DNA of 64,000 bases. Origin: a bacterium. Its GTDB lineage: Bacteria > UBA8248. How positions within the stretch are numbered: the first letter of the stretch is position 1; every line of letters starts with the position of its first letter. A model generated the notes under the pieces. The model was not told the origin of the DNA. It saw only the letters and a program-made list of their open reading frames with translations, and made no database searches. Shown piece after piece: positions 26,271 to 35,134 of this stretch. Location of the stretch: assembly GCA_965219955.1 (NCBI GenBank), contig OZ244799.1, positions 1,125,915 to 1,189,914 on the forward strand, in the 5' to 3' direction. Position numbers and translations under genes: made by a program.

Positions 26271-28406
26271 TTGAGTTTTCAATTCTTGCACGCAGCGCTT
26301 CTTTGGGGGATGGGACTCGTCCTGCTTCCCGTCCTGATTCACCTGCTGCGCAGGCGCCTCGTCCGCAGATACCGCCTCCCCACCTTCGAGTTCCTGCTCA
26401 GAACGCAGCGCCGCATCACGAATCGCAGCAGGCTCAGAAACTGGATACTCCTGTTTCTCCGCGTGTGCGCCGTCGGGATCATCATCTTCCTGGCGTCGCG
26501 TCCTCTCCTCGAGACCGAGGGCGGCGTGTCGGCCGTCGGATGGTTTCCCGTCCACACGGTCGCCGTGATCGACAATTCGGCGAGCATGGCGTTCGAGACG
26601 GGAAAGGGGAGCCGCTTCGACGTGGCCAAACGCGCCGCGAGGCGGATGATCGAGGACATGTCCGATGCGGACCGCATGAGCATCGCGGCGACCGCCGGGG
26701 ATGCTGCGGCCGCCGCTCCACTCAAGGAATTGAAGCGTGAGGATGCCCTCGCCGCCCTGGAGGGGGTCCGCCAGACAGACGCCAGGGGCGCGCCCGCCCG
26801 CGTCGTTCAGCATGCGCTCGAGAACGCGTCGCCCCAGGCGGGGCGGAAAAACATCGTCGTATTCAGCGATTTCGCCAAGGGGGACTGGGAGTCGTTTCAG
26901 ATTCGCAACCTCAAGCAATGGAACCCGCATGTTCATCTGCAGTTCGTGCGCGTGGCCCCCGAGGCGGGAGTGGAGGATCTGAGCCTCCGGGATGTGAAGA
27001 TGAAGCCCTGGCCGCCCAAGGCGGGTTTTTCCTTCACCATCGGGGCGCGCGTTTTCAACCGGGGAGAGGAGAAGAAATCCAAAGTACCCGTGCAGTTGTT
27101 CGTGGGCGGGGAACTGCGGGAGACGATCGAAGTGGACGTGGAGCCGGACGGGGCGAGTCCCGTGAGTTTCCGGGTGAATGCCCCTGAAAAGGGCGTGCTC
27201 AACGGGCGCATCGAGTTGCCGAAAGACAACCTTTCGGCGACGAACCGGTTCTACTTCGCGGCGGGCATCGGGAAGCGTTTGCGCGCCCTGGTGATCGATG
27301 GGGATCCCAAGCGCGGGCTCCAGGACAGCGAAACCTTTTTCATGGTCAACGCCCTGAGTGCGGCCCCTCTGGGCGGGGAATCCCCGGTGTTGACGCACGT
27401 CGTGGCGTCTTATGAGCTGGGCAACGTGCAATGGGACGAATATGACTACGTCATCGCCTGCAACGTGGGCCGCTGGCCCGGGCGGGGGGAGCAAGGCTTG
27501 AGGAGTTTCGTCGAAAAGGGCGGCGGCCTTCTCTGGGCCACGGGCGAACTGTCGAGCGACAAGGCCGCGGGGCTCGGCTGGCTTCCGGCCACGCCGGGAG
27601 AGCCCGTAACGCTGCGCCCGTCCCAAAGCCTCAAGATCGCGCAGGGCGAGGAGTCGCACCCGGCGTTCTCTTTGCTGGGGGCGTACGGGGGGCGGTTTTT
27701 CTCCGCCTTGCGCCTGGCGAGGGTTACGCCGCTCCAGCCGGCGAGAGGTGGACGGGCTTTGCTGGAGCTTCCCGACGGCACGCCCCTCCTGGTGGTCGGC
27801 TCGGTCGGCTCGGGCCAGGTGATGGTATGGGGCTCCACGTGTGATCGGGACTGGACGGACCTTGCCGTGCGGCCCGTTTTCGTTCCGCTCATCAGAGGGA
27901 TTTCCGATTATTTGGGAGGCACCAGAAAGGGCGTTTCCTCATCCGCGGACGCAGGCGACGCATTCGAAATCAGGGCGCCCATCCGGCGCGTCGGGGAGGC
28001 GATACAGATACGCGGGCCGGTAGGGGAAGAAAGTGCGCTTCAATTCATGGAGAAGACCCCCGGCCTCGAAGACGCGCCCGCCGACGGGCTCAGGCTGGGC
28101 AAGGCGGGAAGCGCCGGCGCCGTCGCCTACTACCGCGACGCCTACCGCGCGGGTTTCTACCGCGTGCTCACGCCCGATGAGAAACATTTCGTGGCCGTGA
28201 ACGCGCCAGCATCGGAAGCGAACGTTTCTCCCGTGGAGATGAGCACGCTCAAGGAAAAACTCGAGAAACTCGACGTGCGCGATTTGCCTGCGGACGACTC
28301 GGATCCGCTGCGCTCTATCTTGAGTCTCATCGACCTGGGCGCGCTCTTGTTTCTCGCACTGGGAGGGATATTCGTCGCCGAGGCGTTCCTGGCGGACAGG
28401 ACCTGA
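26271..28406 (+). CDS. BatA-N-terminal / vWA domain membrane protein
   Basis: 'FLHAALLWGMGLVLLPVLIHLLRRR' double-TM aerotolerance-regulator N-terminus, 'VAVIDNSASMAF' MIDAS motif, and a C-terminal TM helix. Confidence 0.8.
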   Translation: MSFQFLHAALLWGMGLVLLPVLIHLLRRRLVRRYRLPTFEFLLRTQRRITNRSRLRNWILLFLRVCAVGIIIFLASRPLLETEGGVSAVGWFPVHTVAVIDNSASMAFETGKGSRFDVAKRAARRMIEDMSDADRMSIAATAGDAAAAAPLKELKREDALAALEGVRQTDARGAPARVVQHALENASPQAGRKNIVVFSDFAKGDWESFQIRNLKQWNPHVHLQFVRVAPEAGVEDLSLRDVKMKPWPPKAGFSFTIGARVFNRGEEKKSKVPVQLFVGGELRETIEVDVEPDGASPVSFRVNAPEKGVLNGRIELPKDNLSATNRFYFAAGIGKRLRALVIDGDPKRGLQDSETFFMVNALSAAPLGGESPVLTHVVASYELGNVQWDEYDYVIACNVGRWPGRGEQGLRSFVEKGGGLLWATGELSSDKAAGLGWLPATPGEPVTLRPSQSLKIAQGEESHPAFSLLGAYGGRFFSALRLARVTPLQPARGGRALLELPDGTPLLVVGSVGSGQVMVWGSTCDRDWTDLAVRPVFVPLIRGISDYLGGTRKGVSSSADAGDAFEIRAPIRRVGEAIQIRGPVGEESALQFMEKTPGLEDAPADGLRLGKAGSAGAVAYYRDAYRAGFYRVLTPDEKHFVAVNAPASEANVSPVEMSTLKEKLEKLDVRDLPADDSDPLRSILSLIDLGALLFLALGGIFVAEAFLADRT

Positions 28407-28471
28407 AGGGCGCCGGAGATTTTCCGTGATTTCGCTTACCGGACTCGAATCATAACTGCTGATTGATTTGC

Positions 28472-28529
28472 GTGGTCCCGTGCCGCTCCACCCCAATCGG
28501 GGCGGAGCGGCTCGGGCGGACGGGACCAC
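28472..28529. other. Long imperfect hairpin (10+8+4 bp stems) in the intergenic region
   Basis: gtggtcccgt/acgggaccac, gccgctcc/ggagcggc and cccc/gggg pair around an AAUC loop. No U-tract on either strand. Confidence 0.5.
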
Positions 28530-28659
28530 TGGAGCTTATCCTTGGAACAATATGATTTTGAAGGCGATAGGTCGCCTGCCCTTTCTATGGTCCATTTTCC
28601 CATAAAAGCGGACATTATATCAAGCCCAAAATGCCTGAAGCGCGAGGTAGCCGCTTTTT

Positions 28660-28673
28660 CATAAGCGCTTATG
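28660..28673. promoter_or_regulatory. Perfect 14-bp palindrome (cataagcgcttatg) in an AT-rich promoter region; possible operator
   Basis: Lies ~70 bp upstream of ATG 28742 in an AT-rich stretch, next to a 'taatatat' -10-like box. Confidence 0.3.
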
Positions 28674-28741
28674 TGGTAATATATGGAGTAACCTCTCGAA
28701 AATATTATGCAAACTATTGATATTTGGAGGCTAATATCGTT

Positions 28742-29578
28742 ATGAGCATATCCCGGAGTGAGATCGTGGCTCGCCTGCGGGCCGAGAGGGACGCAGGACG
28801 CGCCGTCTACGACGCGCTGTGCGGAAGCGGCATCACGGCGAAATTCGCCGCGCGCGGCGGAGCGGACCTCGTCACCACCTTCAACCTCGCCTACTACCGG
28901 ATGCAGGGCCTGAGCTCCATGGCGGGCTATCTGCCCATCGGAGACGCGAACGCCATCACGCTCGAACTGGGCGAGCGCTCCATCCTGAGCGTGGTGAGGG
29001 AATGCCCCGTGGTCGCGGGCCTGCTGGGCGCGGATCCCACAAGGGACATGTTCAGGTTCGTCGACAGAATCGAGGCGGCGGGCTTCCACGGGGTGATGAA
29101 CTGCCCCACCGTCGCTCTTATTGACGGGAATTTCAGAAAAGACCTGGAAGAAACCGGCATGGGGTTCTCGAAAGAAGTCGACGTTCTGGGGTACGCGAGC
29201 GGGAAGGACATGTTCACCAAGGCCTTTACGACCACGCCGGATGAGGCCCTCGCCATGGCGGAGGCGGGCGTGGACAACATCATCATCCATTTCGGGAACA
29301 GTTCGGGCGGCTCCATCGGCTCGAAAACGGTGATGCCGCTCGATGAGGCGGCCCAGCGGGCGGCGGCCATATTCGACGCCCTGTTGCCGAAATACGGGGA
29401 GAGAATCTTCACCTGCCATGGGGGCGCGATAGAGACGCCCGCCGACTTCGAGCGGCTCCTCGACCTGGAGAGCCGCTTCGACGGCTACGTGGGCGGTTCC
29501 TCCGCCGAACGTTTTCCGGTGGAGGAGGCCGTGCCCAGGGCGTCGCAGGGCTTCAAGTCGGTGAGGCTTCGGAAATAG
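28742..29578 (+). CDS. Phosphoenolpyruvate-hydrolase-like TIM-barrel protein (Tm-1 C-terminal-domain family)
   Basis: The motif series 'GSGITAKFAARGGADLV...YRMQG...GLLGADP...GFHGVMNCPTVALIDG...IIIHFGNSSGG...CHGG' fits this family. ATG 28742 follows GGAGG. Confidence 0.7.
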   Translation: MSISRSEIVARLRAERDAGRAVYDALCGSGITAKFAARGGADLVTTFNLAYYRMQGLSSMAGYLPIGDANAITLELGERSILSVVRECPVVAGLLGADPTRDMFRFVDRIEAAGFHGVMNCPTVALIDGNFRKDLEETGMGFSKEVDVLGYASGKDMFTKAFTTTPDEALAMAEAGVDNIIIHFGNSSGGSIGSKTVMPLDEAAQRAAAIFDALLPKYGERIFTCHGGAIETPADFERLLDLESRFDGYVGGSSAERFPVEEAVPRASQGFKSVRLRK

Positions 29579-29639
29579 AACCCGGGCGTAATTTTTGGAA
29601 TTACATGCCTGATTCGCAATGCCCTCATCAGGAGGGACT

Positions 29640-29885
29640 GGTTCGGTTTATGGAGGCGACCGGGAAGGGACTTTACTCCCCCTCGAGGGGGCCTGTTGAA
29701 AAAGTCCTCCGCGAGAAGGGAGGGAATCCCGATCATCGAATTGTTTGCCGTAGGGACAGGCCTCCGTGCCTGTCCTGATTCGAACCATCCTGCAAAAGGA
29801 CAACCACGGAGGGTTGTCCCTACTACAACCACAACACCGACTGACGAGGGTTTTTTCAACAGCCCCTCAAGGGGGGAGTGATTAA
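29640..29885. repeat. Intergenic mosaic repeat block
   Basis: Hairpin 'ctccccctcgaggggg', a GTTGAAAAA module, 'gggaatcccgatcatcgaattgtttgccgtagggacaggcctccgtgcctgtcc', 'ggacaaccacggagggttgtccctac', and 'tttttcaacagcccctcaaggggggagtga'. Confidence 0.8.
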
Positions 29886-30110
29886 GGACTGGCGGGTGTG
29901 GCGTAGTGGCATCTCCGAGAAGTCGTTGCGGGACGGTCCCGAGGAGGGCAGGAGAATCTCAAAGGATTGTCCTGCTGCGAAATGTGATCAAACCCGACCG
30001 ATGAGGGGCCGTTGGAAAAGCCCCCCTGACAAGGGGGTTGGGAGGTTGGCTGGTCAAAGATATAATTCCCCTGATTTTTCAGAAGGTCGATTTTGTCGGG
30101 CAAGGAGAAA

Positions 30111-31355
30111 ATGTCGAATCCGGGTGTAGCCGTATTGGTGACGATGGACAGCAAGGGTGCGGAGGCGCGCTTTCTGGCGGATGTGCTCGCGGAAGCGGGC
30201 GTGTATCCCCTTCTGGTGGATTTGTCCTGCAAGCCGCATGAGACGGGCGGCGCGGACATCGGCGGGGAGGAAATAGCCGCCGCTGCGGGACGGCGTTGGG
30301 AAGAGTTGGCCGGGATGGAGAGAAACGCCGCCTCGGAAATCATGATGGAGGGCGGCAGGCGGGTTGTGGCCGAAAAATTTCAGGAGGGTGAGATACGCGG
30401 CGCGGTCGGCCTCGGCGGGGCGAACGGGACCTCGATGGCCTGCGCCATCATGCGCGCGCTGCCGCCACTCGCGCCCAAGGTGATGGTGAGCGTCGTCGCC
30501 GCCACGGCGGCCGTGCAGTGGTACGTGGCCGAGAGCGACATCATGATGTTTCCCGCCATCGGCGACTTCACCCTGAACCGCATCACGCGCGGCGTGCTCA
30601 CGAACGCCGCCCTCGCCCTCGCGGGCATGGTGAAGCGAGAGGGGGCGCCGAAAGATGGGGGCAGCGCCTCTCCGCCCCTCATCGGGGTGTCTTCTTTCGG
30701 AGGCACGGCGGCCTGCGTCGAACGGGTGGAGAGGAGACTCACCGAGGCGGGTTATGAGGTCATCTTCTTTCACGCTTCGGGGCCCGGCGGGCGAGCGCTC
30801 GAGTCCCTGGCCGGGCTTGGCGAGCTGGCCGGGGTGGTGGACGTCACCACGCACGAGCTCACGGATTTGCTGGTGGACGGCGTCTACAGCGCGGGCGCGG
30901 GGAGGCTCGAGGCTGCGGGTGCTGCGGGGGTTCCCCAGGTCGTGGTGCCGGGCGCGCTCGACCACGCGAATTTCTGGACGGGGCAGGTGCCCGGGAAATA
31001 TCAAAAAAGAGCGTTCTTCCAGTACAACGCCCAGAATCTCCTCATGCGCACGAACCGGGAGGAGTTCGAAGCCCTGGGCGTTCTGATGGCGGAAAAGCTG
31101 AACCGCGCCAAAGGGCCTCTGTCGGTTCTGGTACCCACGCGAGGCTACAGCGAACACACGAAACGAAAAGCCCACGACCTGGAAGGGCGCGATGCGGGCG
31201 ATTGGCGCCAGCCCGAGGTGGACGCCGCCTTTGAGGCCTCGCTCAGGGAACACCTGAAGACGGGGGAGATCGTCGCGCTCGATATGCACATCAACGACCC
31301 GGCTTTCGCCGATGCGTGCGCGGAGAAGATGATTCAGTTGCTGGCGCGGGGATGA
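30111..31355 (+). CDS. UPF0261 / Tm-1-like ATP-binding domain protein
   Basis: N-terminus 'VAVLVTMDSKGAEARFLADVL', 'VGLGGANGTSMA', and 'GVPQVVVPGALD'. ~414 aa. ATG 30111 follows AAGGAG. Confidence 0.7.
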   Translation: MSNPGVAVLVTMDSKGAEARFLADVLAEAGVYPLLVDLSCKPHETGGADIGGEEIAAAAGRRWEELAGMERNAASEIMMEGGRRVVAEKFQEGEIRGAVGLGGANGTSMACAIMRALPPLAPKVMVSVVAATAAVQWYVAESDIMMFPAIGDFTLNRITRGVLTNAALALAGMVKREGAPKDGGSASPPLIGVSSFGGTAACVERVERRLTEAGYEVIFFHASGPGGRALESLAGLGELAGVVDVTTHELTDLLVDGVYSAGAGRLEAAGAAGVPQVVVPGALDHANFWTGQVPGKYQKRAFFQYNAQNLLMRTNREEFEALGVLMAEKLNRAKGPLSVLVPTRGYSEHTKRKAHDLEGRDAGDWRQPEVDAAFEASLREHLKTGEIVALDMHINDPAFADACAEKMIQLLARG

Positions 31356-31464
31356 GGGCTCGGAGGCCGCGTAATCTTCAATCTATCCTTCTCATGCAGC
31401 AGTGTCGAAGCCGCGTGTCGAAGTTTGAGGAGAAAATAGAAATCCTTTGGTTTTTCGATGGCGG

Positions 31465-31872
31465 TTAGTCATTTCCGGGGTGTTCTGTGCTTTGCAAGCG
31501 CCGTCGAACTTCTTCGAGTAACGCTTCCGCGTGCCGGACGGCTGTGGCTCGGTCGAGAGGCATCGCGCTGGGATCGCCGGCGCCGTAGCGAAATTGAACG
31601 GCATACGAGGTGTATTCCACCAATCCATCGAACCGTGCGGCCTCCGCGTCGTGCTCTTTCAACATATTTATCAGCCGCGACAGATCGTGGGTAGGCGGAT
31701 ACGTCTTCCCATGTAGAGCAAGCAGGGCCTTGAGCGACTTCTCCAACGCCTGTTGCACATGAAAGCCGAATATCTCGTCGGCGAAAATGGTTGCGTCTCC
31801 CATGCCGCAAAGGGCGGAATAATCCCGTTCCGCCGCCTCCAGGAGCACGCGAGCCTGTTTAGGATCGCTCAT
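31465..31872 (-). CDS. HEPN domain protein (toxin partner of a HEPN-MNT pair)
   Basis: 135 aa. 'FHVQQALEKSLKALL' helix, 'THDLSRL', and a C-terminal Rx5H ('RATAVRH'). Overlaps the MNT gene by 14 bp. Confidence 0.8.
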   Translation of the reverse strand: MSDPKQARVLLEAAERDYSALCGMGDATIFADEIFGFHVQQALEKSLKALLALHGKTYPPTHDLSRLINMLKEHDAEAARFDGLVEYTSYAVQFRYGAGDPSAMPLDRATAVRHAEALLEEVRRRLQSTEHPGND

Positions 31873-32194
31873 AGAGCACTTCGCCTTCGCGCAGGGCGCG
31901 CGCCAGGACGTGGTTCAAGGAGTCGCGCCAGTACTCCACTTCATCGCTACTGAAGAGCAAAATATCCTTGGAAACGTCGAAACCCGCCAGCGCGCGCCAA
32001 AGCCGCGTCGTTTCGGAGCGTCTGTCCCGCCCCTCCTTAAAGGGGGCGGCTTCCACAACCACGAAATCCACGTCGGAATCCGCCCCCGCGTCGCCACGTG
32101 CGCGTGAGCCGAAGAGGATCACCTGCTCGGGATCGACCTCATCCACGATGGTCTTCACCATCCGCCGTAGAAGCGCGTCGTCTACTCGCGTCAT
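31859..32194 (-). CDS. Minimal nucleotidyltransferase (MNT) domain protein (antitoxin partner)
   Basis: 'LFGSRARGDAGADSDVDFVVV' GSx10DxD motif. 111 aa. Confidence 0.85.
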   Translation of the reverse strand: MTRVDDALLRRMVKTIVDEVDPEQVILFGSRARGDAGADSDVDFVVVEAAPFKEGRDRRSETTRLWRALAGFDVSKDILLFSSDEVEYWRDSLNHVLARALREGEVLYERS

Positions 32195-32452
32195 GGTTCA
32201 GGACTCCCTCCGTTTCCGTAAGGCCGCAGCCGGGCGATACGCCGCTATTATAAGCGCGGGTGAAGTTCGCGTCATCATCCTGGACGAAGAGGGGAGCCGT
32301 CGCCTTCACCGCCTGGAGCAGTGGCGAAGCCGCGCATCGAGGGGCCGCGGCCCGTTTGCCTCGAAACCCCGGCGCGGGGAGTCTTTTGCCCTCAAATGTT
32401 TTAAGATGCGCCCGTAAATTTTTTCTTTACAAATCATAGGCGCGAAAGGACG

Positions 32453-34183
32453 ATGCAGATGGCGGGAAACATCGCGGAAGAACGCCACGAGACCGACGTG
32501 TTGATCGTGGGCGGGGGCGCGGCGGGTACGATGGCCGCCTTCGAATGCGCGCAGGCCGGCGTGAGCGTCATCCAGGCCACCAAGGGCCGCGCTACGAGCG
32601 GCACGACGACCGTGGCGCGGGGCGGATTCGCCGCGGCCATGGCGCCGGGCGACAGCCCCGAGCTTCACCTGCAGGAAATCCTCAAATACGGCGGCGAGCT
32701 CATCGACCCCGAACTGGCGAGAACCTGGGTGTACGACATCATCGACGTCGTGCGCGACATGCGCGAGTGGGGCGCGGAGTTCATCACCGACGATGAGGGC
32801 GACCTCGACCTCAAGATGTTCCCGAGCCACACCTATCCCCGCGCCCTGCACCACCACGACACCACGGGCAACATGGTCACGAAAGTGCTCTCGAAGAGAC
32901 TCAGGGGCGACGCCCGCATCGGCCAGCATCCCCACGTGGCGGTCGTGGACCTCATCACCGAAGGTGGCCGCGTCATCGGCGCGTGGGGGGTGGACTACTC
33001 GCGAGGGTGTCTGATGGTGTACGCCGCGCGCGAGGTGATTCTCGCCACGGGAGGCGGGAGCGGCCTTTTCTACGTGAACGACAACCCCCCGCAGGTGACG
33101 GGCGACGGCTACGTGCTGGGCTTTCGGGCGGGCGCCGCACTCCTGGGCATCGAGATGATCGACTTTCAGGCCATGTGCTGCGCGCCCGAGGAGTTGTTCG
33201 GCTTCGCGCCCCATCCCACCGGCTTCATCAACGCGGGCGCCATATTCCTGAACCAGGAGGGCGAGGCGTTCCTGAAGCGCTATTTCCCCGACACGGCGGA
33301 AAAAAGCACGCGCAGCGAGGTCATCCTCGCCATGGCGAAGGAAATCCACGCAGGGCGGGCGGGCCTCACGGGCGGCATCTACATGGACGCGACGAAAATC
33401 CCCATGGAGACCATCCAGAAGCAGATCCCCCACGTATATAAAACATGCCTCTCGCGCGGCATCGACATCACCAAAACACCGCTGGAAGTCGCGCCGGGCA
33501 GCCACACCTGGCTCGGCGGTCTGGAAATCGACGTTAACGGGAAAACGCGCGTGCCGGGCCTCTGGGCCGCGGGCGAGACGGGGGGCGGCATCCACGGCGG
33601 CAACCGCATCGGCGGCTCGGCGCTTTCGGCCTCTCTGGTCTACGGAAGGCGCGCCGGGCGGGCGGTTTCTGAAGGGGTGAGAGAGAGTGGGCGGGACGAG
33701 CCGGCTGTATTCGGCGGCATTCCCGACGCGGAGCGCGCCTGGCTCGAAGCGCTCATCGACCGCGAGGAGGGCCCGCTGCAAAAGGACGTGCGCATGCGCT
33801 GCCGGATGCTCGCGCACGAGAAGCTCGGCCCCATACGAGACGCCGGGGGCTGCCGGTACGCGCTGGAAGAATATGCGCGCATCGAGAACGAGGATATCCC
33901 GGAAATGCGGCTGGATGACGGCGCGCGGGCCTCTGAGAAGACGAAAGGCCAGGAACTCGAAAGCGCGCTATCCGTCCGGAACCTGGCGCTTCTGGGGAAA
34001 CTCCTCGCCACCGCCGCCCTGAACAGGAAAGAGAGCCGGGGGGCGCATTTCCGGCTGGATTATCCCGAGACGGACGAGGCGGACTGCAGTTTCGTCACGC
34101 GCCTTACGCACGGGGCGGACGGCGGGATTTCATTCGATACGGACCCGCTCAAGACATATACGCCCGCATCGGCCCTGGAATAG
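32453..34183 (+). CDS. FAD-dependent oxidoreductase (succinate dehydrogenase/fumarate reductase flavoprotein-like)
   Basis: 'DVLIVGGGAAGTMAA' dinucleotide motif, 'GLWAAGETGGGIHGGNRIGGSALSASLVYG', and a C-terminal 'ESRGAHFRLDYP'. Confidence 0.85.
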   Translation: MQMAGNIAEERHETDVLIVGGGAAGTMAAFECAQAGVSVIQATKGRATSGTTTVARGGFAAAMAPGDSPELHLQEILKYGGELIDPELARTWVYDIIDVVRDMREWGAEFITDDEGDLDLKMFPSHTYPRALHHHDTTGNMVTKVLSKRLRGDARIGQHPHVAVVDLITEGGRVIGAWGVDYSRGCLMVYAAREVILATGGGSGLFYVNDNPPQVTGDGYVLGFRAGAALLGIEMIDFQAMCCAPEELFGFAPHPTGFINAGAIFLNQEGEAFLKRYFPDTAEKSTRSEVILAMAKEIHAGRAGLTGGIYMDATKIPMETIQKQIPHVYKTCLSRGIDITKTPLEVAPGSHTWLGGLEIDVNGKTRVPGLWAAGETGGGIHGGNRIGGSALSASLVYGRRAGRAVSEGVRESGRDEPAVFGGIPDAERAWLEALIDREEGPLQKDVRMRCRMLAHEKLGPIRDAGGCRYALEEYARIENEDIPEMRLDDGARASEKTKGQELESALSVRNLALLGKLLATAALNRKESRGAHFRLDYPETDEADCSFVTRLTHGADGGISFDTDPLKTYTPASALE

Positions 34184-34218
34184 ACGGCGGCAGCTGCGGG
34201 AAGGAGAGGAACCAGGAT

Positions 34219-35109
34219 ATGGCGCAAGTGAAAGTAGGCGTGGTGGGGTTGGGGAACATGGGGCGCGGCGTCGCGGGTAATCTGCACAAGGCGAAAATCC
34301 CCCTGATGGTGTGGGACGTGGCGCCCGAGGCGCGAAAGCCGTGGGAGAGAAAACGGGGCGTGGACGTGCTCGAGCCGGGCGAGATGGCCGCGCAGGCGGG
34401 CGTCATCATCTTCGTGGTCCCCGGCTCGCCGGAAATCGAGGAAGCCCTCAAGGGAAGAGGGGGCGTTCTGGCGAACGCGCGAAAGAATCTGGTGATCTAT
34501 GACTTCACGAGTTCGGACCCCGCGGTGAGCCGCAAGATCGCCCGCCGCGCGAAGGCGAAAGGGGTGGCGTTCTTGGACGCCGGCATGAGCGGGGGCGCTA
34601 CGGGCGCCGCGGCAGGCACGCTCACGCTCATGATAGGCGGGGATGAGCGGGCGTATCGCCGCACGAAGCGTTTTCTGGCCCCCATCGCCGACAACCTCTT
34701 CCATCTGGGCGAGAGCGGCGCGGGCCACGCCATGAAGCTTATCCACAACATGGTCTGCCACTCCATCTTCATGGCGACCTGCGAGGGGGGAAAGATCGCG
34801 GAGCGGGTGGGCCTCAAGGTCGAGGACATGATCGACGTGTTCAACGTCTCGAACGCGCGGAGCTACGCGAGCCAGTTCCGCTTTCCCAAGCATATCTTGT
34901 CTGAAAAATGGGACGGCAAATCGCGCGTCTACAACATGATAAAAGACGTCGGCATGGCCGTGGAGATGGGCAGGAAGCACAGGGCGCGGACGGTGCACGG
35001 GGAGGCCACGCTCGAGTTTCTGGAGAAAGCCGTCAAGCGCGGGATGATCGAAAAAGATTTCACCTTGTTGTATCGTGATTACGAGAAGGTTTCGAAGACG
35101 AACTTGTAG
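34219..35109 (+). CDS. NAD(P)-dependent oxidoreductase, 3-hydroxyisobutyrate/6-phosphogluconate dehydrogenase-like
   Basis: 'VGVVGLGNMGRGVA', 'FLDAGMSGG', 'GAGHAMKLIHN'. Confidence 0.85.
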   Translation: MAQVKVGVVGLGNMGRGVAGNLHKAKIPLMVWDVAPEARKPWERKRGVDVLEPGEMAAQAGVIIFVVPGSPEIEEALKGRGGVLANARKNLVIYDFTSSDPAVSRKIARRAKAKGVAFLDAGMSGGATGAAAGTLTLMIGGDERAYRRTKRFLAPIADNLFHLGESGAGHAMKLIHNMVCHSIFMATCEGGKIAERVGLKVEDMIDVFNVSNARSYASQFRFPKHILSEKWDGKSRVYNMIKDVGMAVEMGRKHRARTVHGEATLEFLEKAVKRGMIEKDFTLLYRDYEKVSKTNL

Positions 35110-35134
35110 ATTCGGCCGCGACAGGAGTATTCCG

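Noticed and set aside
31399-32342. The 25-nt direct repeats flanking the HEPN-MNT pair, considered as att sites or target-site duplications of a mobile cassette.
   Set aside because: Both copies resemble the common family D repeat core ('gccgcgtatcgaagg'), so they are more simply explained as degenerate repeat remnants. I keep this only as context in the TA finding.
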